Source: the human T2T-CHM13v2.0 reference genome, Homo sapiens. Taken from it: a stretch of 64,000 nt of DNA. A model generated the notes under the pieces. The model was not told where the DNA came from, did not search any database, and was given only the letters and a program-made list of their open reading frames with translations. A program made the position numbers and the translations under genes. Shown here piece by piece: positions 1 to 13,390 of the stretch (positions within the stretch are counted from its first letter, which is position 1; every line of letters begins with the position of its first letter). Location of the stretch: assembly GCF_009914755.1 (NCBI RefSeq), contig NC_060932.1. The stretch is one strand, 5' to 3'.

Positions 1-121
1 CCTTTCTGAATCACCAATCTGACAGATTTCATCCATGTGAAAGCAGTCTGACTTCTTTTATCTGCAGTACAGGTAATAGTCATGAATAAAGATCTCAGTC
101 TGGGGCTGAATTCTTTACTTT

Positions 122-126
<5 letters not shown>

Positions 127-156
<30 letters not shown>
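127..156. repeat. poly(T) tract (30 nt)
   Basis: Uninterrupted T run between CAGG and AGGT. Confidence 0.95.
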
Positions 157-158
<2 letters not shown>

Positions 159-1140
159 GTAGCAGAGAGTCAATAATCAAAGCAAAGGTAGCAATCGTAG
201 CAATAACATCAACTAAATGATTCCCTATAACTTCTATCATTAGTTCATGGCATAGTCACTGTATCAGTGTGACGGTAACAATGAGGAAATGATCCTTTAG
301 TGAGGCAAGGAAAGGATTTGTAAAGGCTTTTTTTGTTTTGATAGACTTCCAGCTCATTAATTAACTTCCTGTTTTGCAAGAGTAAAATTAATAACAATCC
401 ATTTTTAAAATGTAGGCTAATTCCAGAAGACTGTCCCAAACAGTTTATAATACCTGAATTTGTTATTATAACATAAATTAAGAGGCATGTCTCAATAAAG
501 TTTTGTATTTCCAGGAAATCTACTACTCGTAAGAGTGGCAGTCACAAATACATACCTTGTGGGATTTTCTTCCTGATGGGGTGATGGCTAGGTTTGAAAA
601 CTTGAGTTCTAGAGGGGTGTGGGTTTCCTTACCTCATCCTAAGGAAAGCACCAATATTAGTTGAGTTCTTACTTCTGAAAAGTCATAAAGAGTTACAATT
701 ATTTAAGGATATAATATCTACCTACTTTGAAATAAGGTTGGGATCAAATGAGAAAGAGGGAGGAAGCCTGAAGGTTTTATCTAACAAGCATGTCCAAATA
801 CTCTAGAAAATATCACTGTGTTGCCTTCTCTAATCTGCTAATAGGAAAGTAGCATGTTGTCCATAAGGCATGCATCTGTTAGCTAGTGGAAGAAAAATTT
901 AGCCCTGAGAGAAATGAACAAAAAGAAATAATTTTATTCCACAATCAGAGAGCAGATTTTCAGTTCTTAGAAGGAGTAGGAAAATCGTACTGACCTCCAT
1001 TATGAGATACATCACAGCTAAGCTTAAAGCAGGGCTTCGCCAGCCAGGCCAAGCTCCTCTTAGATGAGTTTTTTCCAGGGGCAAAGAAAGAAAAACTTGA
1101 GTTGTGATAATGGTCAGGTTTATGAGGTCAACTTGATATA

Positions 1141-1956
1141 TATTTATTTAATTTTTATAGATTAACTGGGTGCATGTACAGTTGTTTTACATGGATACAT
1201 TGTATAGTGGTGAAGTCTGGGCTTTTAGTGTACCTGTCACCCAAAGAGTGAACATTGTACCCAATAGGTGGCATTTCATTCCTCGTGCCCCTTCCACCCT
1301 CCCACCTTTTGGAGTCTCCAGTGTCTGTTATTCCACTCTGTATGTCCATGTGTACCCATTGTTTAGCTCCTACTTAGAAGTGAGAAGATGTGTTTTTTGA
1401 CTTTCTGTTTATGTCATTTCACTTAGGATAATGACCTCCAGTTCCATCCAGTTGCTGCAAAAGTCATGATTTTACTCTTTTTAGTGGCTGTATAGTATTC
1501 CATGGCATCTATGTATTACATTTTCTTTATCCAGTCTGCTACTGATGGGCATTTAGGTTGATTCTATACCTTTGCTATTGTGAATGGTGCTGCAGTGAAC
1601 ATACACACACATTTGTTTTTATGATAGAACGATTTATATTCCTTTGGGTATATATCCAGAAATGGGATTGCTGGATCAAATGGTAGTTCTATTTTTAGCT
1701 CTTTGAGGGATTGCCACACTGCTTTCCACAATGTTTGAACTAATTTAGACTCCTGCCAGCAGTGTATGAAAGCGTTCCCTTTTCTCTGCAACCTCACAGG
1801 CGTCTGTTATTTTTTGACTTTTTGATAATAGCCATTCTAACTGGTGTAAGATGGTACTCTTGTGATTTTAATTTGCATTTCTCTGATGATTAGTTGTGTT
1901 GAGCATTTTTTTCATATGTCTGTTGGCTGCTTATATATCTTCTTTTGAAAAATGTA
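1141..1956 (-). mobile_element. L1 3' end (L1PB-like), 5'-truncated
   Basis: L1PB-type 3'UTR (GTGGTGAAGTCTGGGCTTTTAGTGTACC); ORF 1564..1797 translates to L1 ORF2 C-terminus (ELPFDPAIPFLDIYPKEYKS). Confidence 0.9.
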
Positions 1957-2050
1957 TTGAGAGCACCAGTGGGGTCAGCAGTTTGTGCATGTTTGACTGA
2001 GAATTTTATGTTATCAGAAGTGTACAGGAAGTCAGAGTCCACAGGGTGAA

Positions 2051-2096
2051 GGCCAAAGCACATCATCACAAATGGGGCCAAAACACATCATCCCAA
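2051..2096. repeat. Short tandem duplication, 25-bp period
   Basis: GGCCAAAGCACATCATCACAA / GGCCAAAACACATCATCCCAA. Confidence 0.8.
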
Positions 2097-2574
2097 CCCT
2101 GGGAATCCAAGCAAAGGCCAGAAATAAGCTTACTAATTGAAGAGGTGGGTGAGAATCTGAAATCAAGGACATCAAGACAGTAAACCATGCCCATGCTTCA
2201 AAATGTAAAACTGAAGAGAAATTTGTTTGATTTATATTCACAATAGATCTACTTCTGTTCCAACTGAGGGGAGGGCAGAGAGCTGGGACTGCAGGCAGGT
2301 TCTCACTCAGGGACGTCAACTGCCTGCAAGCTCATGAGCAACTCATCTGCTAAACCACTGCCTGGTCACTAAGATCAGTTGCTGAGAATAAAATGACTGA
2401 AATAAGCAACCAGTGTTAGCCCCTTTATTCATGGACTCCACAAACATCTGCTTAGGGTCATAGTAAGGAAAATGCATTAAAATAATATGTTTTCAAAAAG
2501 TCTACTCACTAGGAAAGCAGCCTAGTCATGGGCATCCCCCCTAAATCTCTTTGTGATGATGCGCCAAGGACAGA

Positions 2575-2748
2575 GCTGTGGGCTTGTTACTGAAGGTGGA
2601 ATCTGCAAACCCAAACTGTCAGCATCTCTTGGAAGCTTCTCAGACGTGCAGAATCTCAGGCCCACCCTAGCCCTGCCAAATTGCCACCAGCATTGTAGCA
2701 AGATGCCCAGGTGATTAGTATGCACATTAGAGTTTGAAAAGCATGGAG
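2575..2748. mobile_element. MER5-family (hAT-Charlie) relic
   Basis: GCAGAATCTCAGGCCCACCC...CCCAGGTGATTAGTATGCACATTAGAGTTTGAAAAGCA resembles MER5A/B. Confidence 0.75.
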
Positions 2749-2947
2749 CAACTACTGCTGCTACAGAGGAGGGAAATTTCAGCTCAAATGGTCAGAAAGG
2801 CTAATGTGAGCTGGACATTTATGGGAAATATGGTTGCTCCAGATATTTGTAACTGGCTTTCTCACCAAACACCTAGTATGAGCTAGGTTATATAGCAAGT
2901 GTAGTATAGCAAGGGTTGTTGCTTGGAAACTTAACAGTGATAGGTGC

Positions 2948-2976
2948 ATACACACACACACACACACACACACACA
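2948..2976. repeat. (CA)n microsatellite
   Basis: Direct inspection. Confidence 0.95.
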
Positions 2977-3075
2977 AATGAATCTCCTTATAGACAATGC
3001 TTTAAGCAAAATGTGAAATGTTTTGATTGGCAAAAGAAGTGAAAGATTGAAGTCTTTATTGAAAGTCCATTATTT

Positions 3076-3361
3076 GCTGGGTGTGGTGGCTCACACCTGT
3101 AATCCCAGCACTTTGGGAGGACACGCTGGGCGGATCATGAGGTCAAGAGATCGAGACCATCCTGGCCAACATGGTGAAACCTCATCTCTACTCAAAATAC
3201 AAGAATTAGCTGGGCATGGTGGTACGCACCTGTAGTCCCAGCTACTCTGGAGGCTAAGGCAAGAGAATTGCTTGAACCTGAAGGTGGAGGTTGCAGTGAG
3301 CCGAGATCATGCCACTGTACTCCAGCCTGGTGACAGAGCTTCATCTCACACACACACACAA
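3076..3361 (+). mobile_element. Alu (AluSc-like) with (CA)n tail
   Basis: GAGGTCAAGAGATCGAGACCATCCTGGCC; TSD AAAGTCCATTATTT at 3062-3075 and 3362-3375. Confidence 0.95.
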
Positions 3362-4444
3362 AAAGTCCATTATTTTATGGTTTTATGTTGCAGAACCAAT
3401 CTCTAAGAAGATAATTAAGCACATTGACTGCCTACCTCTCACAGTTTTATGCAGTACTCAGACCTTATGTCATTTGGGCTTTAGGACTGGAGTCATCAAA
3501 GTGGACAGGAGGTGGTGAGAGAGGGACCAGGCCTTCACAACAGTGGTGGATGCTGAGGGAACCATTGGCTTCAGAGTAACCAGACACCAAGAATAGAGAG
3601 TGAAGAGCTCTGACCAAGACATGATAGTGGTTGTCTTTGCTCAGAGAAGTGGAGTGGGCTGGTTCTGGGCTTATTTTTATATTTTTCTGAAAAAGAAGTA
3701 GTGAGGGTGGACAAAGTTTGTGTATGCTGGCTGGATGGAAGGGATAGTGGAGAGCGAGGCTGGGTTTCTGAACATTCCTCTGCCTTAGCTTTTAATCTCC
3801 TAGACTGAAGAGCCTCTGTATCTACACGGAGAAAGAACTGAGATAGGAACTGAGGAAAATTGAACTGGGACTCCAGGTGTGAAGGACTAATCCCCAGCCA
3901 GGAGTTAGCTGCATATTTAAATAAAACAATACAGAAAGAGTTCTGGTGAACAACCTGCTCCCTGCACTTCCCCTCCTCACAGTAACCCCTGAGGCCCACA
4001 AGGCACAGGTTTACTGTAAGGAGAAATAGGATGGCTCAGTTTGATGGCATGCTTCACCATTTGTCTTCCTACGTGAGAAATGTAACGTTCAACAATATGA
4101 CAAGACATGTCAGTGTCTATAGTTTAGAATAAAGGGATAATGAGAATGATGCCTTATAAAATGCATATTTGTGTAGACATGTTATTGATTTCCTTATTTC
4201 ACATTAAACAAGATAGAAATGGATGACCTTTCCAGAAATGCCTCTTTTCAAAGTAATAGTTTTCTGATTTCCCTTTCATGTAAGAGCTGGTGTTGCTATG
4301 CTGTCACTTTTCTTGCTAGGGTTCCCTCCCCCATCTATGTGCTGGGAGGTGATTTTTTGGTTCAGTGTTCTTAAATGTTTCCATGGAGAGTTACTAAGGT
4401 AATTTTTTTAAGTCTCCTCTTTCAGTAGGTGTGGTCACCCCACA

Positions 4445-4764
4445 TGGCTTTCCATATGCTTGCTACTACCCACCTGTGTCCGCTGAGCACTTGAAATGGG
4501 CTGGTCCCTATTGAGATGTGTTCTAAGTGTCAAATACCCAAGGGATCTTAAAAGACTTGATGTGAAGAAAAAAGATAATATCTATCGTATTATTTTTATT
4601 CTGATTTCACGTTGAACCAATAATGTTTTGGATATACCAGGTTAAATAAAAAATATATGATAAAAGTTAATTTTACTGGTTGTTTTTTACTTTATAAATA
4701 TGGCTACCAGAAAATTAGAATTGTGTATGTGGCTTGCATTATTCTATTCTATTGGACATTGCTG
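4445..4764. mobile_element. MER33 (hAT-Charlie) relic
   Basis: GAGCACTTGAAATGGGCTGGTCC...TATGTGGCTTGCATTATTCTATTCTATTGGACATTGCTG fits MER33 consensus. Confidence 0.8.
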
Positions 4765-5084
4765 AGCTAGATGATGTCAGATCTTTTTGAGGAGTGAGAA
4801 GAGGGAAATCCAAAGTGAAATATTTCAAAATACTAGATAAGAATTTACTAGAAGTTACCAGGGAAAGGGCAGTGAGTTATTTTGCTGCTGAGGCAGGTTT
4901 ACTTAATGGATTTTGCAAATAAGATTAGCTGCTGGTAAAAATGGACTCTTTAGGAGACAAAATCCCTAATATGAGTAAAGCTCATTGCCTTCCCTGCTTC
5001 CTGCCTTGCTTAAGGCCGAGCAACATGCTGTGCTTATTTGGTGGATTAATAAATAGTACTTGATGATGATGATAAGGAGTAAAT

Positions 5085-5315
5085 CTTTGTAAGTGCCATT
5101 GTAGCTTGCCATGCACATTCATTCTGTTAAACCATCCGATCTTCTCATCAGGCTCCCAGGGTAGGTATTATTGCTATTCTCATCTGAGGATGAACCAGCT
5201 GAGGTTCAGAGAGGGCAAGAGACTTGCTCAAGTGCACACAGCTACCAAGTAGCAAGTACCTGGGCTCACTTTCATGACTTTTGTTTCCGAATCTCATGCT
5301 TTTCCCACTATATCT
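5085..5315 (-). mobile_element. MIR SINE
   Basis: Reverse MIR core CTGAGGTTCAGAGAGGGCAAGAGACTTGCTCAAGTGCACACAGCTA. Confidence 0.8.
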
Positions 5316-6639
5316 TACTATTCCAAGGTTAATCCAAGACTCACCTGGAGAAGCATTTCTTGACCTTTCAGACTGTGCTAAAAATGGTAATGAGTTCAAT
5401 GTTACCATAATATCAATGAGAACTAATTAAGACCAATTATGGGATTTTCTGCTGACCACCAGGGTGACCACCAGCTGTTGGACTCAAATTTGAGTCTTCA
5501 CTTAGTGCTGTTAAATTCTCAGCTTTAAAATGTTGGGTGGGAGTGAAATCAGATCATTTCCGGATCTTTTCTAGTTCTGCAGTTCTATGAAAACTGGCAC
5601 CTAAACCGAGAATATCAATTCTTTTTATATACCTTATTGAATATCTGCGTGTGGACTGATATTCACATTTTATTGACCTGGGCTAGATTTCTGATAAACT
5701 ATTCCTGGGATTGATGTGTCACACAGATTTCAAACACGGAGACTATAGGTCAGTTTTATCTAAAATGTGTCAAGTTCATTTGATACCTACTGGTAAAATA
5801 CATATTATTTCCATTGGGAAATGCGTAGTACTAAAGAATGCTAAGTAGATTCCATTCCCATGTGAATAGTACATCATTAGCTTGTATTTATATCCTCATT
5901 TTGTATGTAGTCATGCTTTGCATATACTAGCAGCATTCTACCCCACATATGTTCATGAATTATGAATTCTACTACAAGCATTCAAGGCAAAGCTCCTCTG
6001 TCAGTCACATCTCTCTCTCTCTGAGGCCACTAGGATTTATATCTATGTGACATACTTCAAACTGACCTCCTAAGACCTATCTCAGAGGACCAACTCTAAC
6101 AGTCCAGCATAGGCAAGTGCTAGAAGATTCATCACTCTCAAATGCATGCAATTCAAAATTTTCAGTATCAGATACAGCTAGTCTTTGTATAAACAATGCC
6201 AAACGTTCATTTCTAAAAATCAAAAGAATTCCCTTGTTCCCGTTCAAAAGATGCTTCTCAAAAGTGAATATGACTTGCGTTGAAAGGGCTCACCAACTTT
6301 ATTCTGGTCCTTATTTTAATTTCTTTGTAGCATTCCATGAATAATTGTGCAGTATCATTTTTCTTTTAGTTAAATGATTTTATTGCAAAGTATGTTTTTT
6401 TTTGGAGAGACTAGGTGATTTCTAAATATGTTTTTCGAAGTTCATGGCACAAAAATTTGTTCTAATTTACTTAGATTTTTGATACTAATATGCTGTAAGA
6501 AACATGAAAATCTATAGCACTTTTTTTTCATGATTTTCTTCCATATATACATGTGATCATGTAGTTATATAGGTTAGGATGTGTGGGTAAAAGCAGACAT
6601 GATTTAATTAAACTCAGATACTGTGGAGTGAAAATGCCT

Positions 6640-7150
6640 TCACTCATTCATTTAATAAATATTTACCAAGCATTCACTCTAAGCAGGCTCTGAGCACGCA
6701 CACGTTATTAAAATGTGCTCTCTGACTTCAAGGAATTCACTGTCCTGCAAGAGTCTGCCATTTATAACTGTTTATATCCCAAAGGTGCCCTGCATTATCA
6801 GCAAGGGCAGAGAGAATGTAGTCTGGGAAGGGACTCCCATACTGGGAAGTCCCTCCCAGAAGAGACTCTCAGACTGGGAAGTCCCTCCCAGAAGAGACTC
6901 TTAGACTGGGAAGTCCCTCCCAGAAGGGACTCCTGCTGGGAAGGTTTCACAGAGGTAGGAGCTTTTAAGTGGGACTTAAGAGAATGTTAAGCAGAAAAAA
7001 AAAGGAATGGGCAAAGATATCTTCTGCTGTGTTGTGTAGAGGGCTGAAATGGAAGGGGAGAGGGAGAGAAGGACAGCAGATGAGAAGGGGGTTTGGGGCC
7101 AAACTAACCAGCAACTTGGGCGCTCTCTTAAGGAATCCGAAGTTGACTGT
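6640..7150 (-). mobile_element. L2 relic hosting a minisatellite
   Basis: TCATTCATTTAATAAATATTT L2 tail; GGGAAGGTTTCACAGAGG L2 internal motif. Confidence 0.6.
6822..6944. repeat. 32-bp minisatellite, about 3.5 copies
   Basis: Unit ACTGGGAAGTCCCTCCCAGAAGAGACTCTCAG starts at 6841, 6873 and 6905, with partial flanking copies. Confidence 0.95.
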
Positions 7151-8114
7151 GTTGGGGAATGCGCAGCAATGAGTGTCAGGGGAGGCTCACAGGCCACACT
7201 CAGACATGTATTTTCAAACAGTTTCCTTTTCAAAGTGGGAAAGAATCAATTGCAGTTTGAAAGTACTGGAGAAAGAAGTTTCCTGTACTCTTCAGAGGTG
7301 GGGAAAAGGAAGTGTGAGTGAGGGGTGGACTTGAAAAATCTTCTGAGCTTTAAAAGGCTCCATAATGAGTGGAGTGAAAGCATTTAAGTGGGCTTGGCTG
7401 AGTTCTTACTAAAGATTCTGGTAGTGCTGGTTAAGAACTCTACTTAATGAATTATTGGAAAAGGCATAAACATAAACAGAGTTGGGAGCATGTTAAATAA
7501 AGATGCTCTGTAAATGCAGGCTGGGCAATTAAAAAAGATTTACCAGAGTAAAGCTTAATACAGTATAGTGGATAATTAATGAGCCTGTGACAACTCAGTA
7601 ATAACTACCCTGAACTTTTACAATGGTGCATGAACATGTGTGCAAGTCAGAAGGAGGGTTTGTTTTCACAGTCAGCTCCAGTTAGCTAGGAAATTTCTCG
7701 ACAGAAGTTAATTAGGGATTCCTGGTAATGGAGCCTGCTGCTTAACCAACCTCCTGTGCCAAAGGTAACTGACTTTGCCATTCATTCATGGGTTTCTTGT
7801 TGAGCCTAAAGGGAGTTTGGTTGTAAATTTGATTCTCCCTTTTCTCAGTTCCCTAAGCTCTCACTGTAGCACATGTTTTGAGTTTAAGTAGGGCTTACCT
7901 TTCTTACTTTAAGAAATGAACTTCTGTTTGTTTTATAGGCGGGTGAACTCCACCCTGGAAAGACCTCTGTTGGTGAGCTATAGGTGCCTGACTGGTCCAG
8001 GAAATTCAAATTATTAGGATGTGGTGAATTCTCTGTCTTTGATACTTTGGGAACATGGGTTAGAAACTGCTCAGTAAATATTCTTAAGAAAATGGTACTT
8101 TTGAGACCCCTGTC

Positions 8115-8903
8115 ACCTTTTATTTCAGTATATCTTCATTTGGGAAGTTTTCGGTTTACAGAAGAATTGAATGGAAAGTACCGAAAGTTCCCATATGCCC
8201 TCTTCCCCTTCTCCCACCCACCATTTCCAGTTTCCCCTATTATTAACATCTTGCATTAGTATGGTACGTTTGTTACAACTGATGGAAAATATTGATATAT
8301 TATCATGAACTAAAGTCTATAGTTTACATTAGGGTTCATTTGTTGTGTTTTAAATACTTGTATGATGACATGTATTTATCATGACGTATCATACAGAATA
8401 GTTTCATTGTCCGAAACCTTCCTTGTGCTCTGCCTAATTCACCTTCCCTCCATCCCCACAAACTCCTGGCAATGACTGGTGTTTTTACTGTCTGAAGTTG
8501 TGCCTTTTCTAAAATGTCATGTAGTTGGAATCATATAGTATGTAGCCTTTGCAGATTGTCTTCTTTCACTTAGCAGTATGCATTTAGGATTCCTCCATAT
8601 CTTTTATGGCTTGACAGCTCATTTGTTTTTAATGCTGAATAATATTCTGTTGTCTGGATGTACTACAGTTTATTTATCACTTCACCTATTGAAGGACATC
8701 TTGGTTGCTTCCAAATTGTGGCAATTATGAGCAAGGCTGCTATAAACATCTGTATGCAGGGTTTTGTGTGGACATAAGTTTTCAATTTATTTGGGTAGAT
8801 ACCAAGTAGCATGATTGCTGGATTATATGGGAAGAGTGCATTTAGTTTTGTAAGCAACTACCAAACTGTCTTCCAGAGTGGCTGTACCGTTTCACATTCC
8901 CAC
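8115..8903 (-). mobile_element. L1 3' end (L1MC-like)
   Basis: L1MC-type 3'UTR; ORF 8663..8857 is an ORF2 remnant (YNPAIMLLGIYPNKLKTYVHTK). Confidence 0.88.
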
Positions 8904-9406
8904 ACTTACCAATTTCTGAGCACCTACCCTGTGCCAAATGACCCTATGTTGGGCAACAGAGTAGTGAACCAGGGCACACGATGTTATTCTAGAAAGAGTT
9001 AAGATACCGTGAACTTGTCCAAGTTACAGACACACTAAAATTAGGGAGTAGTTTGCTGTTTAGAATTTATGCTTTATAGTACAGATCACATAATTATGCT
9101 TGATGAGAAATGGATAAAATAATAAAAATTTAAATTACTGTAAAAGATTGTATTTATTCTAGTGATTAGGTAGTTCTGTGGAATTATTCTGCTGGACATG
9201 TAGACATTGAGTTCTGGTACCAACTCTCTAGATTCACATGGGGGAAATAAAAAACTATTGGAACAAAACTTGTCTTTGTACCTTGGGAATTAGTGATTTT
9301 TGTGGGTTTTTAAACTTGCTCAGTATAATTATTACTTTACAAATGTAATTATGAGGTAAATAATTTTTATGTTACAGAAAAAAAGGCACGGCACAAATAC
9401 AACATT

Positions 9407-9432
9407 ACACACACACACACACACACACACAC
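9407..9432. repeat. (AC)n microsatellite
   Basis: Direct inspection. Confidence 0.95.
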
Positions 9433-12275
9433 CCCTTTGACGTACTTTGGAGCTCTGCCTGAGAGTTGGACAGTTGCCCTGGGGTGGCAGCCTGATTCAC
9501 TCACCTCTGCTCCGCTTGGGCTCTGCCTCTAATGGACCTGAATGGAGAATGTATGTATAAATGGCAGAAAATCTTCTTTTTAAAAAATATTTTAAAAGGC
9601 CTTGCCAGAATCTATAAATTGTTATAGTATTAGCTAGGATTGAGCTGAATTATTTTTATAATTTTTAAAAGCAGATAATGAATTAAAAATTTCATCCTCA
9701 TTTGTTTGACTAAAGCCAACAAATAAGATGGCCATGTTAATAATTTTTGGCCTAAATTATATAGTCAGATAATTTTCTTGTTTACTTTGTACTGTATAGA
9801 AACAACTTTGGTGTCAAATGTCAGTGTCACATGTCAAAGTAGTAGAAATGTCTTTTCATTTTGCATAAAAATTTGTTTCATCTGTGTTCCCAAATTTGTT
9901 AATATATCTTAAACCTTTTTGGTTTTAAAATTTTATACAAATATCTGTGAAACTGAAAATTTTACATGATGCATTATGACTATTTTAATAAGGCTGAGAA
10001 TGACACTAAAACCTTATTAAATTAATCAAACATAATCAGTATTCTATCTGGTTGACGCCTCTTAGCTTTGAAAGGGATTGAGACTTTTACCTCTCAGGAG
10101 TGAAAATAATTTGTAAGTCTGTTGATTAGAATGGAATGACTTGTGAATAGTCAGTATGTGAGCATGTCTTTCTGTTTTTGGAATTAGCACGTGTTAAAGA
10201 ATCACGTTTTCGTGTGCTTCAAAGGAAAAACAAAGTTCTACCTGATTTAGAGATGAATGCTCTGAAATTCCACTGGACAAACGTGAGATGCAATAACAAT
10301 TGAATGAGATATTGTTCAAATGAACTCTATTCTAAATGCTGTGACTTGCAGCAAAGTGCCTGCCCTTTTTTTTTTCCTTCTGTTTAAGAAATGATTAATT
10401 AAACCTGTAGTCACCTGAGGAGTTTACTGTGGTCACATGGAGGGGGTCTTCCAGCGAATGAGAGGAAAGTGAACTGGAAGGATGGGTGAAGACGGAATGG
10501 CAGGGTGTGGATCGAGCTTCATGGGGTGTGTGTACAAGCTCCTCTCTGAACCCACTTGTACCTGATATTTATCTGTTGGCTTGCACTTCTTTCCTAATAC
10601 CTTCCACTTACTGTGGAACAGGGTTATTGATTCAGATTGACTCTTGGTTTTATTAGCCTCACACTGGTTAGTTTCTTTTCTAAATTCTGCCACTTTCTGA
10701 AATGTGCTCCTCATGGAAAGAGAAACACTTTAATTTGCTCACAGTAGTATCCCCAGCATGTGGTATGGTATATGGTCCATGTCATTTAATACATATTTAT
10801 TGATTGAATGAATGAAATGGAAATCAGCAAATTATTAGAGGACTTTATATTCATTCCCATGAAAACTGAGTAAATTCCTCATTTCTAGATACTCTGTTTT
10901 ACTTGTGAACCTCATCCACAGAAATGAAAAGGCATATGATGCCCAGGACGTTCCCATGAAGCATGCCCCTGGCCTCCTTGTTGAGTTTAGCAGCTGGCAT
11001 CAGGCCAGTGGGTGGAAGGAGTGGATTTCTGCAGTCAGCACTCCCTTTGAGCCCAGAGCATAGGCTCAGGAATCTCAGAACCCTTCAGTCCATGATGACA
11101 CTGCATTGTCTAAGTCTGCCTGTTGGTTCCCTTCGAGAACATCTCAGGAGCAGCTATCCACTGAGAAAATGGGAGTACCTTCCATCCCAGACTCAGGACA
11201 GGCCTGGCCCTTAACAAGTAGCTTTGGTCCTGCTGGTTTCACTGCTCCTTCTCAGAAGCAGCCTCGGACACGTGCCTCTATGTAATATCCTCCTGCTGTG
11301 TGTGTGTCCCACAGGGGACACCCCCGCACCTCCAAGTGACAGCCATGATTTATTGATTTATCAGTGTGCTGATCCCATTCTTGTTTTCTCTTAAGGACTG
11401 AGAGCAAACAAGTGATGAAATTTGCACCATTTTTTTAGACTCTGAAACTACAATTTACAGTTAACAATTCTCATTGGACAAAAATCAATGGCAAGAGTAA
11501 TCCTAGCATCCCCCTAATCTTGACCTGCCTGCATGTCACCATAAACTGTTTTTAGGTATAGCAATCCCATGAGATCTACTTTTTTGTTTTGCCACTATCT
11601 TTAAAACAAGGTGAGTTTTCTTGTCTTAAATGTGGCCCATACCCTCTCTCTGCCCTCCTCAAAGCTGTCATCTTAACACCATGCAGATTTACAAATGCCT
11701 CCCCTAACTTCCCCTGATTTCTCCTGCCTGACTTGGAATGCTGGCTCAGACTTTCCCAAGCTGGCGACGCTGCTCACTCTCCATGTGGTTCCTTCTGCTG
11801 TGCTCCTTGGCCATTCATCTACTTGCTTGCTCCTATCACCACAGCCTCTTCTCAGCTCTTTGTGGAACCTTCTTTAGTAGAGCAAAACTACATTCCTTCT
11901 CCCCAGCCTCTGGTTCATACAGAGTAAACAGCATTGTTCCCTGAAGGCGGGACAAAAGGAGCTGTGGTGGTTTCCCTTTTCAAGGTTCCTTTTAGTTTGT
12001 TTCTGAGCAGCAGCGCTGCTGTAAGATTTAAAGCTCATTATTGTTTATTATTATTACTGTAATATGGTATCTCCTCGCATTCAGTTGGTGTCATTTTTAA
12101 TCTTTTCCATTAACTTTTAAAGCTACATTTTTAAAATCACAATTCCTTCTGTAACATCAGAGTAAGCGTTGAGCTTCAGAGGAGCTTTCAGCATCTCAAT
12201 AATTTAGTGACATTTGGCCATGGTTTTTGCTGTTTTCTCAGACATACATGCCATCCAAACCATTTTCAATATCCT

Positions 12276-12411
12276 TTTATTTTATTTTTTATTCTTTTTA
12301 GATACAGCATTTTGCTCTGTCACCCAGGCTGTAGAGCAGTGGCATAATCATAGCTCACTGCAACCTTGAATTCCTGGCCTCAAGCAATCCTCCCACCTTA
12401 GCCTCCCAAAG
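12276..12411 (-). mobile_element. Alu monomer (FLAM/AluJ-like)
   Basis: Single Alu arm with T-rich tail; TSD TCAATATCCT at 12266-12275 and 12412-12421. Confidence 0.85.
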
Positions 12412-12788
12412 TCAATATCCTCATTTTTACTTGGAAAGCTAGATGGAGATTTCTAAGTGCAATATAAGATAACCATCATTTTATTCAAAGGTGATTAGTC
12501 TATCCATGCTTGAAATATTACATTTGATAATTCATCAGAGTATTTAATAAAGTTCTATCAAGTGCTAGGCAGCCAATTGTGGCAACATCTAGCCTCTGCT
12601 AATTCTATGAAGGTATTTTAAACTCATAAGTTTTAACATGAAGCTGTTTTCCTACAAAATGCTGTTGATGGTAGAAGTAAGTATAACAGATCTTACCTAT
12701 TTTTAAAAAATCCATTTTAGCAAGTGCTTCTCATAGGGTTATAGATCGTAAGAAGTTCTATTTGCAATTATTATTATTAACTTGCTGG

Positions 12789-13098
<310 letters not shown>

Positions 13099-13129
13099 TT
13101 GGTTTTTTATTTCTTCACAAACATTGCCC

Positions 13130-13390
13130 ATTAATATGGTAAAATCCTTTTACAAAATAAGTAAAGGAAAAGCCATAAACAGTCCAAAGACATCGCAAAC
13201 TGGAAAAATTTATTTGCAATATATTAAACACAAAAGCCTATTTTCCCTAGCATCAAATTTCTTACCAATTAATAAGAAAAAATGGCCAACAACTCGTTTT
13301 AAAAAATGAGCAAAGAATATGCAAAGACAATTCCCAGAAAAAAAAAATCAACATACAAAAAGATGAACAAGTTCATTTATGAGTAAATAA
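13130..13390 (+). mobile_element. Old L1M ORF2 fragment
   Basis: A-rich; AAAAAATGAGCAAAGAATATGCAAAGACAATTCCCAGAA resembles L1 ORF2. Confidence 0.6.

Noticed and set aside
633-904. Minus-strand acceptor/donor pair (TTTCTCTCAG|...GAG|GTAAGG)
   Set aside because: Isolated, with no partner exon or coding signal; indistinguishable from a pseudo-exon
6822-6944. CRISPR-like appearance of the 32-bp repeat with an internal palindrome
   Set aside because: Units are contiguous with no unique spacers, there are no cas genes, and the context is primate; it is a minisatellite
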